32,000 nt of DNA from contig OZ245049.1 in assembly GCA_965224465.1 (NCBI GenBank), positions 3,300,001 through 3,332,000 of the forward strand. The letters are read 5' to 3'. The notes under the pieces are model-generated. The model searched no databases and was not told the origin of the DNA. It saw only the letters and a program-made list of their open reading frames with translations. Below are positions 16,680 through 23,767 of this stretch, in pieces. The position numbers and the translations under genes are program-made. How positions within the stretch are numbered: position 1 is the first letter of the stretch; each line of letters starts with the position of its first letter. Origin of the DNA: Flavobacteriaceae bacterium. GTDB taxonomy: Bacteria > Bacteroidota > Bacteroidia > Flavobacteriales > Flavobacteriaceae.

Positions 16680-17270
16680 AATCATAAGGGAGCCTTGGTT
16701 TTTGTTACAGATAAAAATTATATAATTCCAAATTTACAAGGCTATTCGCAAACAGACCCTATACGAAGCCAAGGAACAGTTATATTTAAACCTGGTTTAG
16801 GTGATGCTACTGTTTATGCGCACGAATTAGGGCATATGTTAGGACTTGAACATAACTTTGTTAAAGATTTTAAAGATCTTACAAGCATAAATGATGACTT
16901 AAATAATTTAACACGCAACAAAAGTGTTGCCGATAAAAAACAAGAAATCGAAGAAGATATAGCTTTTAAAGAAAACTATATAAATGATGATATAAAAAAA
17001 GTAGAAGAATTAAAAGTTAAAGATAAACTATCAGAAAAAGAAAAAAAAGAACTGCAGGGATTACAAGAAAATATTGATGAAACAGAAAAATCTATTCAGA
17101 AATTAAGAAATAGGTCACAAAAGATAGATGTACAAACCACTGTAGCTAATTTGAAAGTAGCTGAAGGAAAAACTAAAAACTATATGGACTATATAAGTAA
17201 TAGAATTTATTTTGCTAAATACCAAGCAGAAATAGTGAAGAAAGAAGTTGTCGATTTTTATCAAAAATAA
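16680..17270 (+). pseudogene. Start-less effector C-terminal cassette B (orphan/silent toxin module, divergent variant)
   Basis: It is homologous to effector codons ~343-537. The first ~184 nt are identical to 15491.., and it diverges after ~300 nt. It keeps HELGHMLGLEH and NYMDY. An in-frame TAA lies 4 codons upstream of the homology start and there is no ATG. The M at 16695 in the track is a TTG that encodes Leu in the full-length gene. Confidence 0.8.
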
Positions 17271-17279
17271 AATAAGATT

Positions 17280-17837
17280 ATGAATTTTATAAAAAGAAGT
17301 AGTTCTCTTCTTATTGTTTTATGTTTGTTTTTTTCATGCACTACATATAAAAAAATAACAGAAGAGAGTTTAATTGATGAAACATTTCCTGACATCAATG
17401 TTTATGGTGGGTTTTTATGGTCTAAGAAAAAAAATAAGACTATATTAATTCATTACAAAAATTTGAAACGAATAATTAAATTAACAAAAAAAAGTGATAA
17501 TATTTTTTTTTCTGATTTAGAATTATACCTGTTGTTTCTGTCAAAAAAGAGAAAAGAGATAGCTAAAAACATTAACTTTTCTGAGCGAGCGTACATTGCG
17601 GGGCATATTGTAGATTGTTTGTATAAGTGTCAAGAAAAATTAAATAAAAACGATAGGTATAAAAACAAGGAATTTATTTATCGATTATTGTCTCCGTGGG
17701 ATAGTAACAAGTACAATCGAGAGTTCAAAAAACACGATTACTACGGTTTAAAATTATTAAAAAAACACCATTTAAAACATTATAAATATTTCCCGGATTT
17801 AGATACAATACGCTATAAAAAAAGTATTAGTGATTAA
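17280..17837 (+). CDS. Lipoprotein, putative immunity protein I2 (most divergent N-terminal two thirds)
   Basis: 185 aa with lipobox LCLFFSC. The ATG lies 9 nt after the cassette B stop. It has the same invariant C-terminal tail as I1. Confidence 0.7.
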   Translation: MNFIKRSSSLLIVLCLFFSCTTYKKITEESLIDETFPDINVYGGFLWSKKKNKTILIHYKNLKRIIKLTKKSDNIFFSDLELYLLFLSKKRKEIAKNINFSERAYIAGHIVDCLYKCQEKLNKNDRYKNKEFIYRLLSPWDSNKYNREFKKHDYYGLKLLKKHHLKHYKYFPDLDTIRYKKSISD

Positions 17838-17860
17838 AGGTGTAGGGTTAATGCTTCTCT

Positions 17861-18448
17861 AATCATAAGGGAGCCTTGGTTTTTGTTACAGATAAAAATT
17901 ATATAATTCCAAATTTACAAGGCTATTCGCAAACAGACCCTATACGAAGCCAAGGAACAGTTATATTTAAACCTGGTTTAGGTGATGCTACTGTTTATGC
18001 GCACGAATTAGGGCATATGTTAGGACTTGAACATAACTTTGTTAATGATATTAATGAACTTACAAGCATAAATGATAACTTAAATAATTTAACACGCAAC
18101 AAAAGTGTTGCCGATAAAAAACAAGAAATCGAAGAAGATATAGCTTTTAAAGAAAATTATATTAAAGTAGATATAGAAAAAATAAACGATTTGAAAACGG
18201 TACGTGAACAATCACAATCTATAAAAAATAAAATTTTAGATATCCAAGAAGCAATTAAAAACACTCAAAATTCTATCATCCAACTAAAGGATAAATTACA
18301 AAGAATAGATATTAAAACTACTACAGCTAATTTTAAAGTAACAAAAGGTAAATCTAAAAACTATATGGATTATATAAATAACAGAACTTTTTTTAGTAAA
18401 TATCAATCCCAAATAGTAAAAGAGGAGCTTATTAAATTTTATATATGA
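17861..18448 (+). pseudogene. Start-less effector C-terminal cassette A' (identical to the expressed effector 3' third)
   Basis: It is 100% identical to 15491..16078 and is preceded by the unit-end motif ...gttaatgcttctct. There is no ATG; the track start at 17876 is the same internal TTG (Leu). Its stop overlaps the next ATG at 18445..18448. Confidence 0.8.
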
Positions 18449-18464
18449 AAACAATAAGTATTTT
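17861..18464 (+). repeat. Exact 604-nt direct repeat, copy 2
   Basis: See 15491..16094. Confidence 0.9.
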
Positions 18465-19020
18465 AAAAAAGATTAGTGTATTCTTTATTTTTGTTTTGGT
18501 TGTTTCTTGTAAACCTACAAAAACACTAAAATCTAACACGATAATAAAAGGTGCCTCTACCTATGAACAACTTAATAAGTTTGGAGAATATATATGGTTC
18601 AAGGATTCAAAAGGAAAAGTTAATATTAATAAAAAAAATCTTCAAAACATTTATACAATTACTAAAAATGGTAATGAAGAATATTTTTATTTTTTAACAT
18701 CCTACTCTTATCTTTTAGTTGTTGATAAATCAAATATTGCTAAGAGTTTAAATTTTTCAGAAAGAACTTTGCTTGCAGCTTATTGTGTAGAAAACCTCTA
18801 TAAATGTCAAAAAGAAATTAGTGAAAACAATATGTATAAAAATTACAGGTTTGTTAGACTTTTTTTGAGAACAGATAACGGCGATAGTAACAAGTACAAT
18901 CGAGAGTTCAAAAAACACGATTACTACGGTTTAAAATTATTAAAAAAACACCATTTAAAACATTATAAATATTTCCCGGATTTAGATACAATACGCTATA
19001 AAAAAAGTATTAGTGATTAA
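18445..19020 (+). CDS. Lipoprotein, putative immunity protein I3
   Basis: 191 aa with lipobox FVLVVSC. ATGA overlap with cassette A'. Invariant C-terminal tail. Confidence 0.7.
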   Translation: MKTISILKKISVFFIFVLVVSCKPTKTLKSNTIIKGASTYEQLNKFGEYIWFKDSKGKVNINKKNLQNIYTITKNGNEEYFYFLTSYSYLLVVDKSNIAKSLNFSERTLLAAYCVENLYKCQKEISENNMYKNYRFVRLFLRTDNGDSNKYNREFKKHDYYGLKLLKKHHLKHYKYFPDLDTIRYKKSISD

Positions 19021-19175
19021 AGGTGTAGGGTTAATGCTTCTCTAATCAAATGTGTAGTGTGATTTATGTTAGTTTAAGTAATACTAAAGCTAGTTCTAGA
19101 AATGTAATCCACTTAGAATAAGAAAGTTTACTTTAGAATCAATTATTATAAGTTACCTGAAATTAAATGGGGACT

Positions 19176-19228
19176 GTAAATATCAATCCCAAATTGTAAA
19201 AGAGGAGGTCATTAAATTTTATAAATGA
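19176..19228 (+). pseudogene. 53-nt vestige of the effector 3' end (unit 1)
   Basis: gtaaatatcaatcccaaattgtaaaagaggaggtcattaaattttataaatga matches effector 16026..16078 (gtaaatatcaatcccaaatagtaaaagaggagcttattaaattttatatatga). The ATGA overlap with the next gene is retained. An in-frame stop lies upstream. Confidence 0.8.
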
Positions 19229-19800
19229 AAACAGTAAATAATTTAAAAAAGATAGGTGTATTCTTTATTTTTGGTTTGGTTGTTTCTTGTAAAACTACAA
19301 AAACACTAAAATATAGTACTTTGATAAAAGGAGAGTCAGTTTACAAGAGATTTGATGTTTTTGGAGGATATATATGGCACAGAGATAAAACAGGGAAAAT
19401 TAATATTAACAAAAAAAATCTTCAAAATATTTACATAATTACTAAAGGAGGAAATGACGCGTTTTTTGAATATCTAGATCTTTATACACGACATTTATGT
19501 GGGCATAAACGGCGTGTTTCTAATAGTTTAAATTTTCCAGAAAGAACCTTAGTTGTTGCTTATTGCGTTGAGTATCTTTATAAATGTCAAAAAGAAATTA
19601 GTAAAAATAATATGTATAAAAATTATAAGTTTGTTTATCGTTTTTTGAGAACAGATAACGGCGATAGTAACAAGTACAATAGAGAATTAAAAAAACACGA
19701 TTACTACGGTTTAAAATTATTAAAAAAACACCATTTAAAACATTATAAATATTTCCCGGATTTAGATACAATACGCTATAAAAAAAGTATTAGTGATTAA
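19225..19800 (+). CDS. Lipoprotein, putative orphan immunity protein I4
   Basis: 191 aa with lipobox FGLVVSC and the invariant tail (REL instead of REF at its start). Confidence 0.7.
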   Translation: MKTVNNLKKIGVFFIFGLVVSCKTTKTLKYSTLIKGESVYKRFDVFGGYIWHRDKTGKININKKNLQNIYIITKGGNDAFFEYLDLYTRHLCGHKRRVSNSLNFPERTLVVAYCVEYLYKCQKEISKNNMYKNYKFVYRFLRTDNGDSNKYNRELKKHDYYGLKLLKKHHLKHYKYFPDLDTIRYKKSISD

Positions 19801-19955
19801 AGGTGTAGGGTTAATGCTTCTCTAATCAAATGTGTAGTGTGATTTATGTTAGTTTAAGTAATACTAAAGCTAGTTCTAGAAATCTAATCCCCTTAGAGTA
19901 AGAAAGTTTACTTTAGAATCAATTATTATAAGTTGCCTGAAATTAAATGGGGATT

Positions 19956-20008
19956 GTAAATATCAAGCCCAAATTGTAAAAGAGGAGTTAATTAAATTTT
20001 ATAGATGA
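19956..20008 (+). pseudogene. 53-nt vestige of the effector 3' end (unit 2)
   Basis: It occupies the same position and has near-identical sequence to 19176..19228. Confidence 0.8.
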
Positions 20009-20580
20009 AAACAATAAATAATTTAAAAAAGATAGGTGTATTCTTTATTTTTGGTTTGGTTGTTTCTTGTAAAACTACAAAAACACTAAAATCTGCTACC
20101 ATAATAACAGGGGAATCTATTTACGACCAATTTGACAATTTTGGAGAATATATATGGTACAGAGATAAAAAAGGAAAAATTAATATTAACAAAAAAAATC
20201 TTAAAGAAATTTATAATATCACTAAAAAAGGAAATGAAGAATCTTTTGAATTTTTACAGAGTTACACCTTGCATTTAAGTAGTGATAAACGTCGTGTCGC
20301 TAAAGGTTTAAACTTTTCAGAAAGAACCTTGGTTGCTGCTTATTGCGTAGAGTACCTCTACAAGTGTGAAAAAGAAATTAGCAAAGAAAATATGTATAAA
20401 AATTATAGGTTTGTTAGACGCTTTTTGAGACCATATGGTAGCGATATAAATAACTACAATCGAGAATTAAAAAAACACGATTACTACGGTTTAAAATTAT
20501 TAAAAAAACACCATTTAAAACATTATAAATATTTCCCGGATTTAGATACAATACGCTATAAAAAAAGTATTAGTGATTAA
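20005..20580 (+). CDS. Lipoprotein, putative orphan immunity protein I5
   Basis: 191 aa with lipobox FGLVVSC. The middle is variable (…RFLRPYGSDINNYNREL…) and the tail is invariant. Confidence 0.7.
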   Translation: MKTINNLKKIGVFFIFGLVVSCKTTKTLKSATIITGESIYDQFDNFGEYIWYRDKKGKININKKNLKEIYNITKKGNEESFEFLQSYTLHLSSDKRRVAKGLNFSERTLVAAYCVEYLYKCEKEISKENMYKNYRFVRRFLRPYGSDINNYNRELKKHDYYGLKLLKKHHLKHYKYFPDLDTIRYKKSISD

Positions 20581-20735
20581 AGGTGTAGGGTTAATGCTTC
20601 TCTAATTAAATGTGTAGTGTGATTTATGTTAGTTTACGTAATACTAAAGCTAGTTCTAGAAATTTAATCCCCTTAGAATAAGAAAGTTTATTTTAGAATC
20701 AATTATTATAAGTTGCCTGAAATTAAATGGGGACT

Positions 20736-20788
20736 GTAAATATCAATCTCAAATAGTAAAAGAGGAGTTAATTAAATTTTATAAATGA
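20736..20788 (+). pseudogene. 53-nt vestige of the effector 3' end (unit 3)
   Basis: It occupies the same position and has near-identical sequence to 19176..19228. Confidence 0.8.
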
Positions 20789-21351
20789 AAACAATAAATA
20801 ATTTTAAAAAGATAAGTGTATTCTTTATTTTTGTTTTGGTTGTTTCTTGTAAACCTACAAAAACACTAAAATCTAATACCGAAATTATAGGGAGATCTGC
20901 TTATGACGAGTATAATGCTTTTGGAGAATATATATGGTATAGAGATAGTAAAGGGGGAATTAGTATTAATAAAAAAAATCTCAAAAAAATTTATGCAATG
21001 ACTAAAAAAGGAAATATAGAATATTTTGAATTTTTAGAGGGTTATACTGCACATTTAAGTAGGGATAAACGGCGTGTTGCTAAAAGTTTGAATTTTTCAG
21101 AAATAACTTTTGTTACAGCTTATTGTGTAGAGAACCTCTATAAGTGTCAAAAAGTAATTAGCAAAAATAATTTCTTTAAAAAGTATAAATTTGTTAATCG
21201 TTTTTTAGGAGTAAATATTAACAAGTACAATCGAGAGTTCAAAAAACACGATTACTACGGTTTAAAATTATTAAAAAAACACCATTTAAAACATTATAAA
21301 TATTTCCCGGATTTAGATACAATACGCTATAAAAAAAGTATTAGTGATTAA
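20785..21351 (+). CDS. Lipoprotein, putative orphan immunity protein I6
   Basis: 188 aa with lipobox FVLVVSC. It has a 3-codon deletion relative to its paralogs just before the invariant tail. Confidence 0.7.
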   Translation: MKTINNFKKISVFFIFVLVVSCKPTKTLKSNTEIIGRSAYDEYNAFGEYIWYRDSKGGISINKKNLKKIYAMTKKGNIEYFEFLEGYTAHLSRDKRRVAKSLNFSEITFVTAYCVENLYKCQKVISKNNFFKKYKFVNRFLGVNINKYNREFKKHDYYGLKLLKKHHLKHYKYFPDLDTIRYKKSISD

Positions 21352-21506
21352 AGGTTTAGGGTTAATGCTTCTCTAATCAAATGTGTAGTGTGATTTATGT
21401 TAGTTTACGTAATACTAAAGCTAGTTCTAGAAATCTAATCCCTTTAGAATAAGAAAGTTTATTTTAGAATCAATTATTATAAGTTGCCTGAAATTAAATG
21501 GGGACT

Positions 21507-21559
21507 GTAAATATCAATCCCAAATTGTAAAAGAGGAGGTCATTAAATTTTATATATGA
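21507..21559 (+). pseudogene. 53-nt vestige of the effector 3' end (unit 4)
   Basis: It occupies the same position and has near-identical sequence to 19176..19228. Confidence 0.8.
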
Positions 21560-22131
21560 AAACAATAAATAATTTTATAAAGATAAGTGTATTCTTTGTT
21601 TTTGTTTTGGTTGTTTCTTGTAAACCTACAAAAACACTAAAATCTAACACGATAATAAAAGGTGCCTCTACCTATGAACAACTTAATAAGTTTGGAGAAT
21701 ATATATGGTTCAAGGATTCAAAAGGAAAAGTTAATATTAATAAGAAAAATCTCGAAAAAATTCATATAATCTCGAAAAAAGGGAATATAGAATATTTTAA
21801 TCTTTTAACATCTTACTCTTATCTTTTAGATGTTGATAAATCAAATATTGCTAAAAGTTTAAATTTTTCAGAAAGAACTTTGGTTGTAGCTTATTGTGTA
21901 GAATGCCTCTATAAATGTCAAAAAGAAATTAGTAAAAACAATATGTATAAAAATTATAAGTTTGTTTATCGTTTTTTGAGAACAGATAACGGCGATAGTA
22001 ACAAGTACAATCGAGAGTTCAAAAAACACGATTACTACGGTTTAAAATTATTAAAAAAACACCATTTAAAACATTATAAATATTTCCCGGATTTAGATAC
22101 AATACGCTATAAAAAAAGTATTAGTGATTAA
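21556..22131 (+). CDS. Lipoprotein, putative orphan immunity protein I7 (mosaic of I3-, I6- and I4-like segments)
   Basis: 191 aa with lipobox FVLVVSC. 21621..21750 is nucleotide-identical to the matching part of I3 (18511..18640). The C-terminal half matches I4 (SKNNMYKNYKFVYRFLRTDNGDSNKYNRE). Confidence 0.7.
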   Translation: MKTINNFIKISVFFVFVLVVSCKPTKTLKSNTIIKGASTYEQLNKFGEYIWFKDSKGKVNINKKNLEKIHIISKKGNIEYFNLLTSYSYLLDVDKSNIAKSLNFSERTLVVAYCVECLYKCQKEISKNNMYKNYKFVYRFLRTDNGDSNKYNREFKKHDYYGLKLLKKHHLKHYKYFPDLDTIRYKKSISD

Positions 22132-22197
22132 AGGTGTAGGGTTAATGTCTCGTAGTTAGATAGTTGTCTAAGTGTTGTGTTTGTGCTTTTTAATTTG

Positions 22198-22234
22198 GTA
22201 AGTTATAAAAAACCTAGTGTAACTTACTTGTTTT
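22198..22234 (+). terminator. Weak terminator-like hairpin after the array
   Basis: gtaagtta (22198..22205) pairs with taacttac (22220..22227) in a perfect 8-bp AT-rich stem with a 14-nt loop. It is followed by ttgtttt. The stem is weak, so confidence is low. Confidence 0.3.
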
Positions 22235-22417
22235 GTGTTTATTACAGGAGTTTCTGATAAATAGGTGGTATGGTTTTCGGTTAACATATACACACTCATC
22301 CTTTATGGATTTAAAAAAGCAGTCTTAATTTTCTCTGTTCAAAGTTAAGAAGCTTAAAATTAAGAAGTTATTTTGTTTTGAGTATAGTAAACAAGAGGTG
22401 TTTCTGTAAAAAGAGCA

Positions 22418-23767
22418 TTAGAAACCTAAAATTAATTTAGCGATGTAAAAGAAAATAAAAATCCCAAAAATATCATTACTAGTGGTGATAAACGGACCAG
22501 TTGCCAGTGCAGGGTCTATCCCTTTTTTGTGTAAAATTAAGGGGACAAATGTTCCTATGAGTGCTGCAAAAGTCATTACAATTAATAGCGATAGTGAAAT
22601 GGTGATGCTCGTAAGGATATCCATGTGAAAGAATCTTCCATAGATCACAACCATAATAGATAATATAGAGCCGTTTACTAAGCTCAAACCAATTTCTTTT
22701 AGCAAGCGATGCCAAAGGCTTCCTTTGATATTATTGTTTGCAAGTCCTTGCACCATAATAGCAGAGGATTGTACACCTACATTTCCTGCCATGGCTGCAA
22801 TTAGAGGGATAAACATAAATAAAATTTTATGATCCTTCAACGCTTCGTCAAAACCTGTTAAGATAGAAGCGGCCGTTAATCCCCCAAAAAGTCCTAAGAC
22901 CAACCATGGTAGGCGACCTTTTACCAATTCAAAAATGGTGTCATCAGCCTCAACATCCTCCACCAAACCAGCTGCCATTTGGTAGTCTTTTTCAGCTTCG
23001 TCTTTGATAATGTCTACGATATCATCAATGGTTATTTGTCCTGTTAAGCGTCCCATTTCGTCAATTACAGGGATTACAAATAAATCGTATTTTTGCATTA
23101 TTCGCGCTACTTCTTCTCCGCTTTCTGTAACACCAACAGAGGTGATTTGATGGTTGTAAATTTCTTTTACAGGTGTTTTAGCAGGGGTAGTTAATAGGCT
23201 TTTTAAGGACAAGCGTCCCTTTAGAATCTCGTTGTCGTCTATGACGTATATAGTGTGTACTTTGTCTACGTTAGCAGCTTGTCTACGCATTTCTTTTACA
23301 CAAGTGATGTTGGTCCAATTTTCGTTTACTTGCACCATTTCTTTTCCCATCAGCCCTCCGGCTGTATCTTCTTCATATCGCAGTAATTCTACAATGTCTT
23401 TTGCGTGTTCAATATCTTCAAGATGTGCTATTACCTCTTCCTTTTGATCTTCAGGTAATTCAGAAATAATATCTGCTGCATCATCGGTATTTAATTCGTC
23501 TATCTCTTCTGCAATCTCCTTAGAAGAAAGTCCGTTTAATACCTTTTCTCGTGTGTCATCATCCAGTTCAGCTAAGATACCTGCTGTTTTTTCACTGTCT
23601 AATAATTTGATGATGTAAATGGCATCATGGAAGCTTATTTCTTCAAGGATTTCTGCAATATCAGCAAAGTGAACATTTTCTAAGAGCTCAATTAGCTGTA
23701 GGTTTTCTCCATTAGCAATCCATGTTTTTATGTTTTTTAGAATTTGTTTTGTGAGTTCAAATTGCAT
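22418..23767 (-). CDS. mgtE: Magnesium transporter MgtE
   Basis: 449 aa. It has an acidic N-domain, tandem CBS-like segments ([37 protein letters not shown]), and a C-terminal membrane domain with [11 protein letters not shown] and [11 protein letters not shown]. Confidence 0.9.
   Translation of the reverse strand: MQFELTKQILKNIKTWIANGENLQLIELLENVHFADIAEILEEISFHDAIYIIKLLDSEKTAGILAELDDDTREKVLNGLSSKEIAEEIDELNTDDAADIISELPEDQKEEVIAHLEDIEHAKDIVELLRYEEDTAGGLMGKEMVQVNENWTNITCVKEMRRQAANVDKVHTIYVIDDNEILKGRLSLKSLLTTPAKTPVKEIYNHQITSVGVTESGEEVARIMQKYDLFVIPVIDEMGRLTGQITIDDIVDIIKDEAEKDYQMAAGLVEDVEADDTIFELVKGRLPWLVLGLFGGLTAASILTGFDEALKDHKILFMFIPLIAAMAGNVGVQSSAIMVQGLANNNIKGSLWHRLLKEIGLSLVNGSILSIMVVIYGRFFHMDILTSITISLSLLIVMTFAALIGTFVPLILHKKGIDPALATGPFITTSNDIFGIFIFFYIAKLILGF

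Larger units (their letters stand above)
19021..22147 (+). repeat. Tandem array of four ~780-bp units (204-bp spacer plus lipoprotein gene) and a 16-nt partial fifth unit start
   Basis: The units are 19021..19800, 19801..20580, 20581..21351 (771 bp) and 21352..22131. All four spacers begin aggt.tagggttaatgcttctctaat.aaatgtgtagtgtgatttatgttagttta and are near-identical. The motif aggtgtagggttaatg recurs at 22132..22147, after which the sequence becomes unique. Confidence 0.9.

Noticed and set aside
16695-18448. Track ORFs 16695..17270 and 17876..18448, treated as independent 190-aa metallopeptidase genes.
   Set aside because: Their M is a TTG that encodes Leu in the full-length gene. An in-frame TAA lies just upstream, there is no ATG, and they lack the N-terminal half of the catalytic domain. 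I kept them as silent cassettes. Low-level TTG initiation cannot be excluded from sequence alone.
19049-19175. A promoter inside the 204-bp array spacer.
   Set aside because: I found only imperfect matches to TAnnTTTG (tactttag, taaatttt) and no properly spaced TTG. There is not enough evidence to annotate one, so the question is left open under the tandem-unit finding.
16657-22147. The regular repeat periodicity, considered as a possible CRISPR array or other non-coding repeat array.
   Set aside because: The units are ~780-1180 bp and consist mostly of intact protein-coding genes. There are no short 25-40 nt repeats with unique spacers and no cas genes.
12596-22400. The island considered as an integrative mobile element, a shufflon or an invertase-driven switching system.
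   Set aside because: There is no integrase, invertase or transposase ORF, no tRNA target and no island-terminal repeats. The cassette repeats are direct, not inverted, so any switching would be homologous recombination or gene conversion rather than site-specific inversion.
22385-22425. gtttct / agaaac 6-bp inverted pair next to the mgtE stop, considered as a terminator.
   Set aside because: The stem is short and AT-rich and has no following T-tract.
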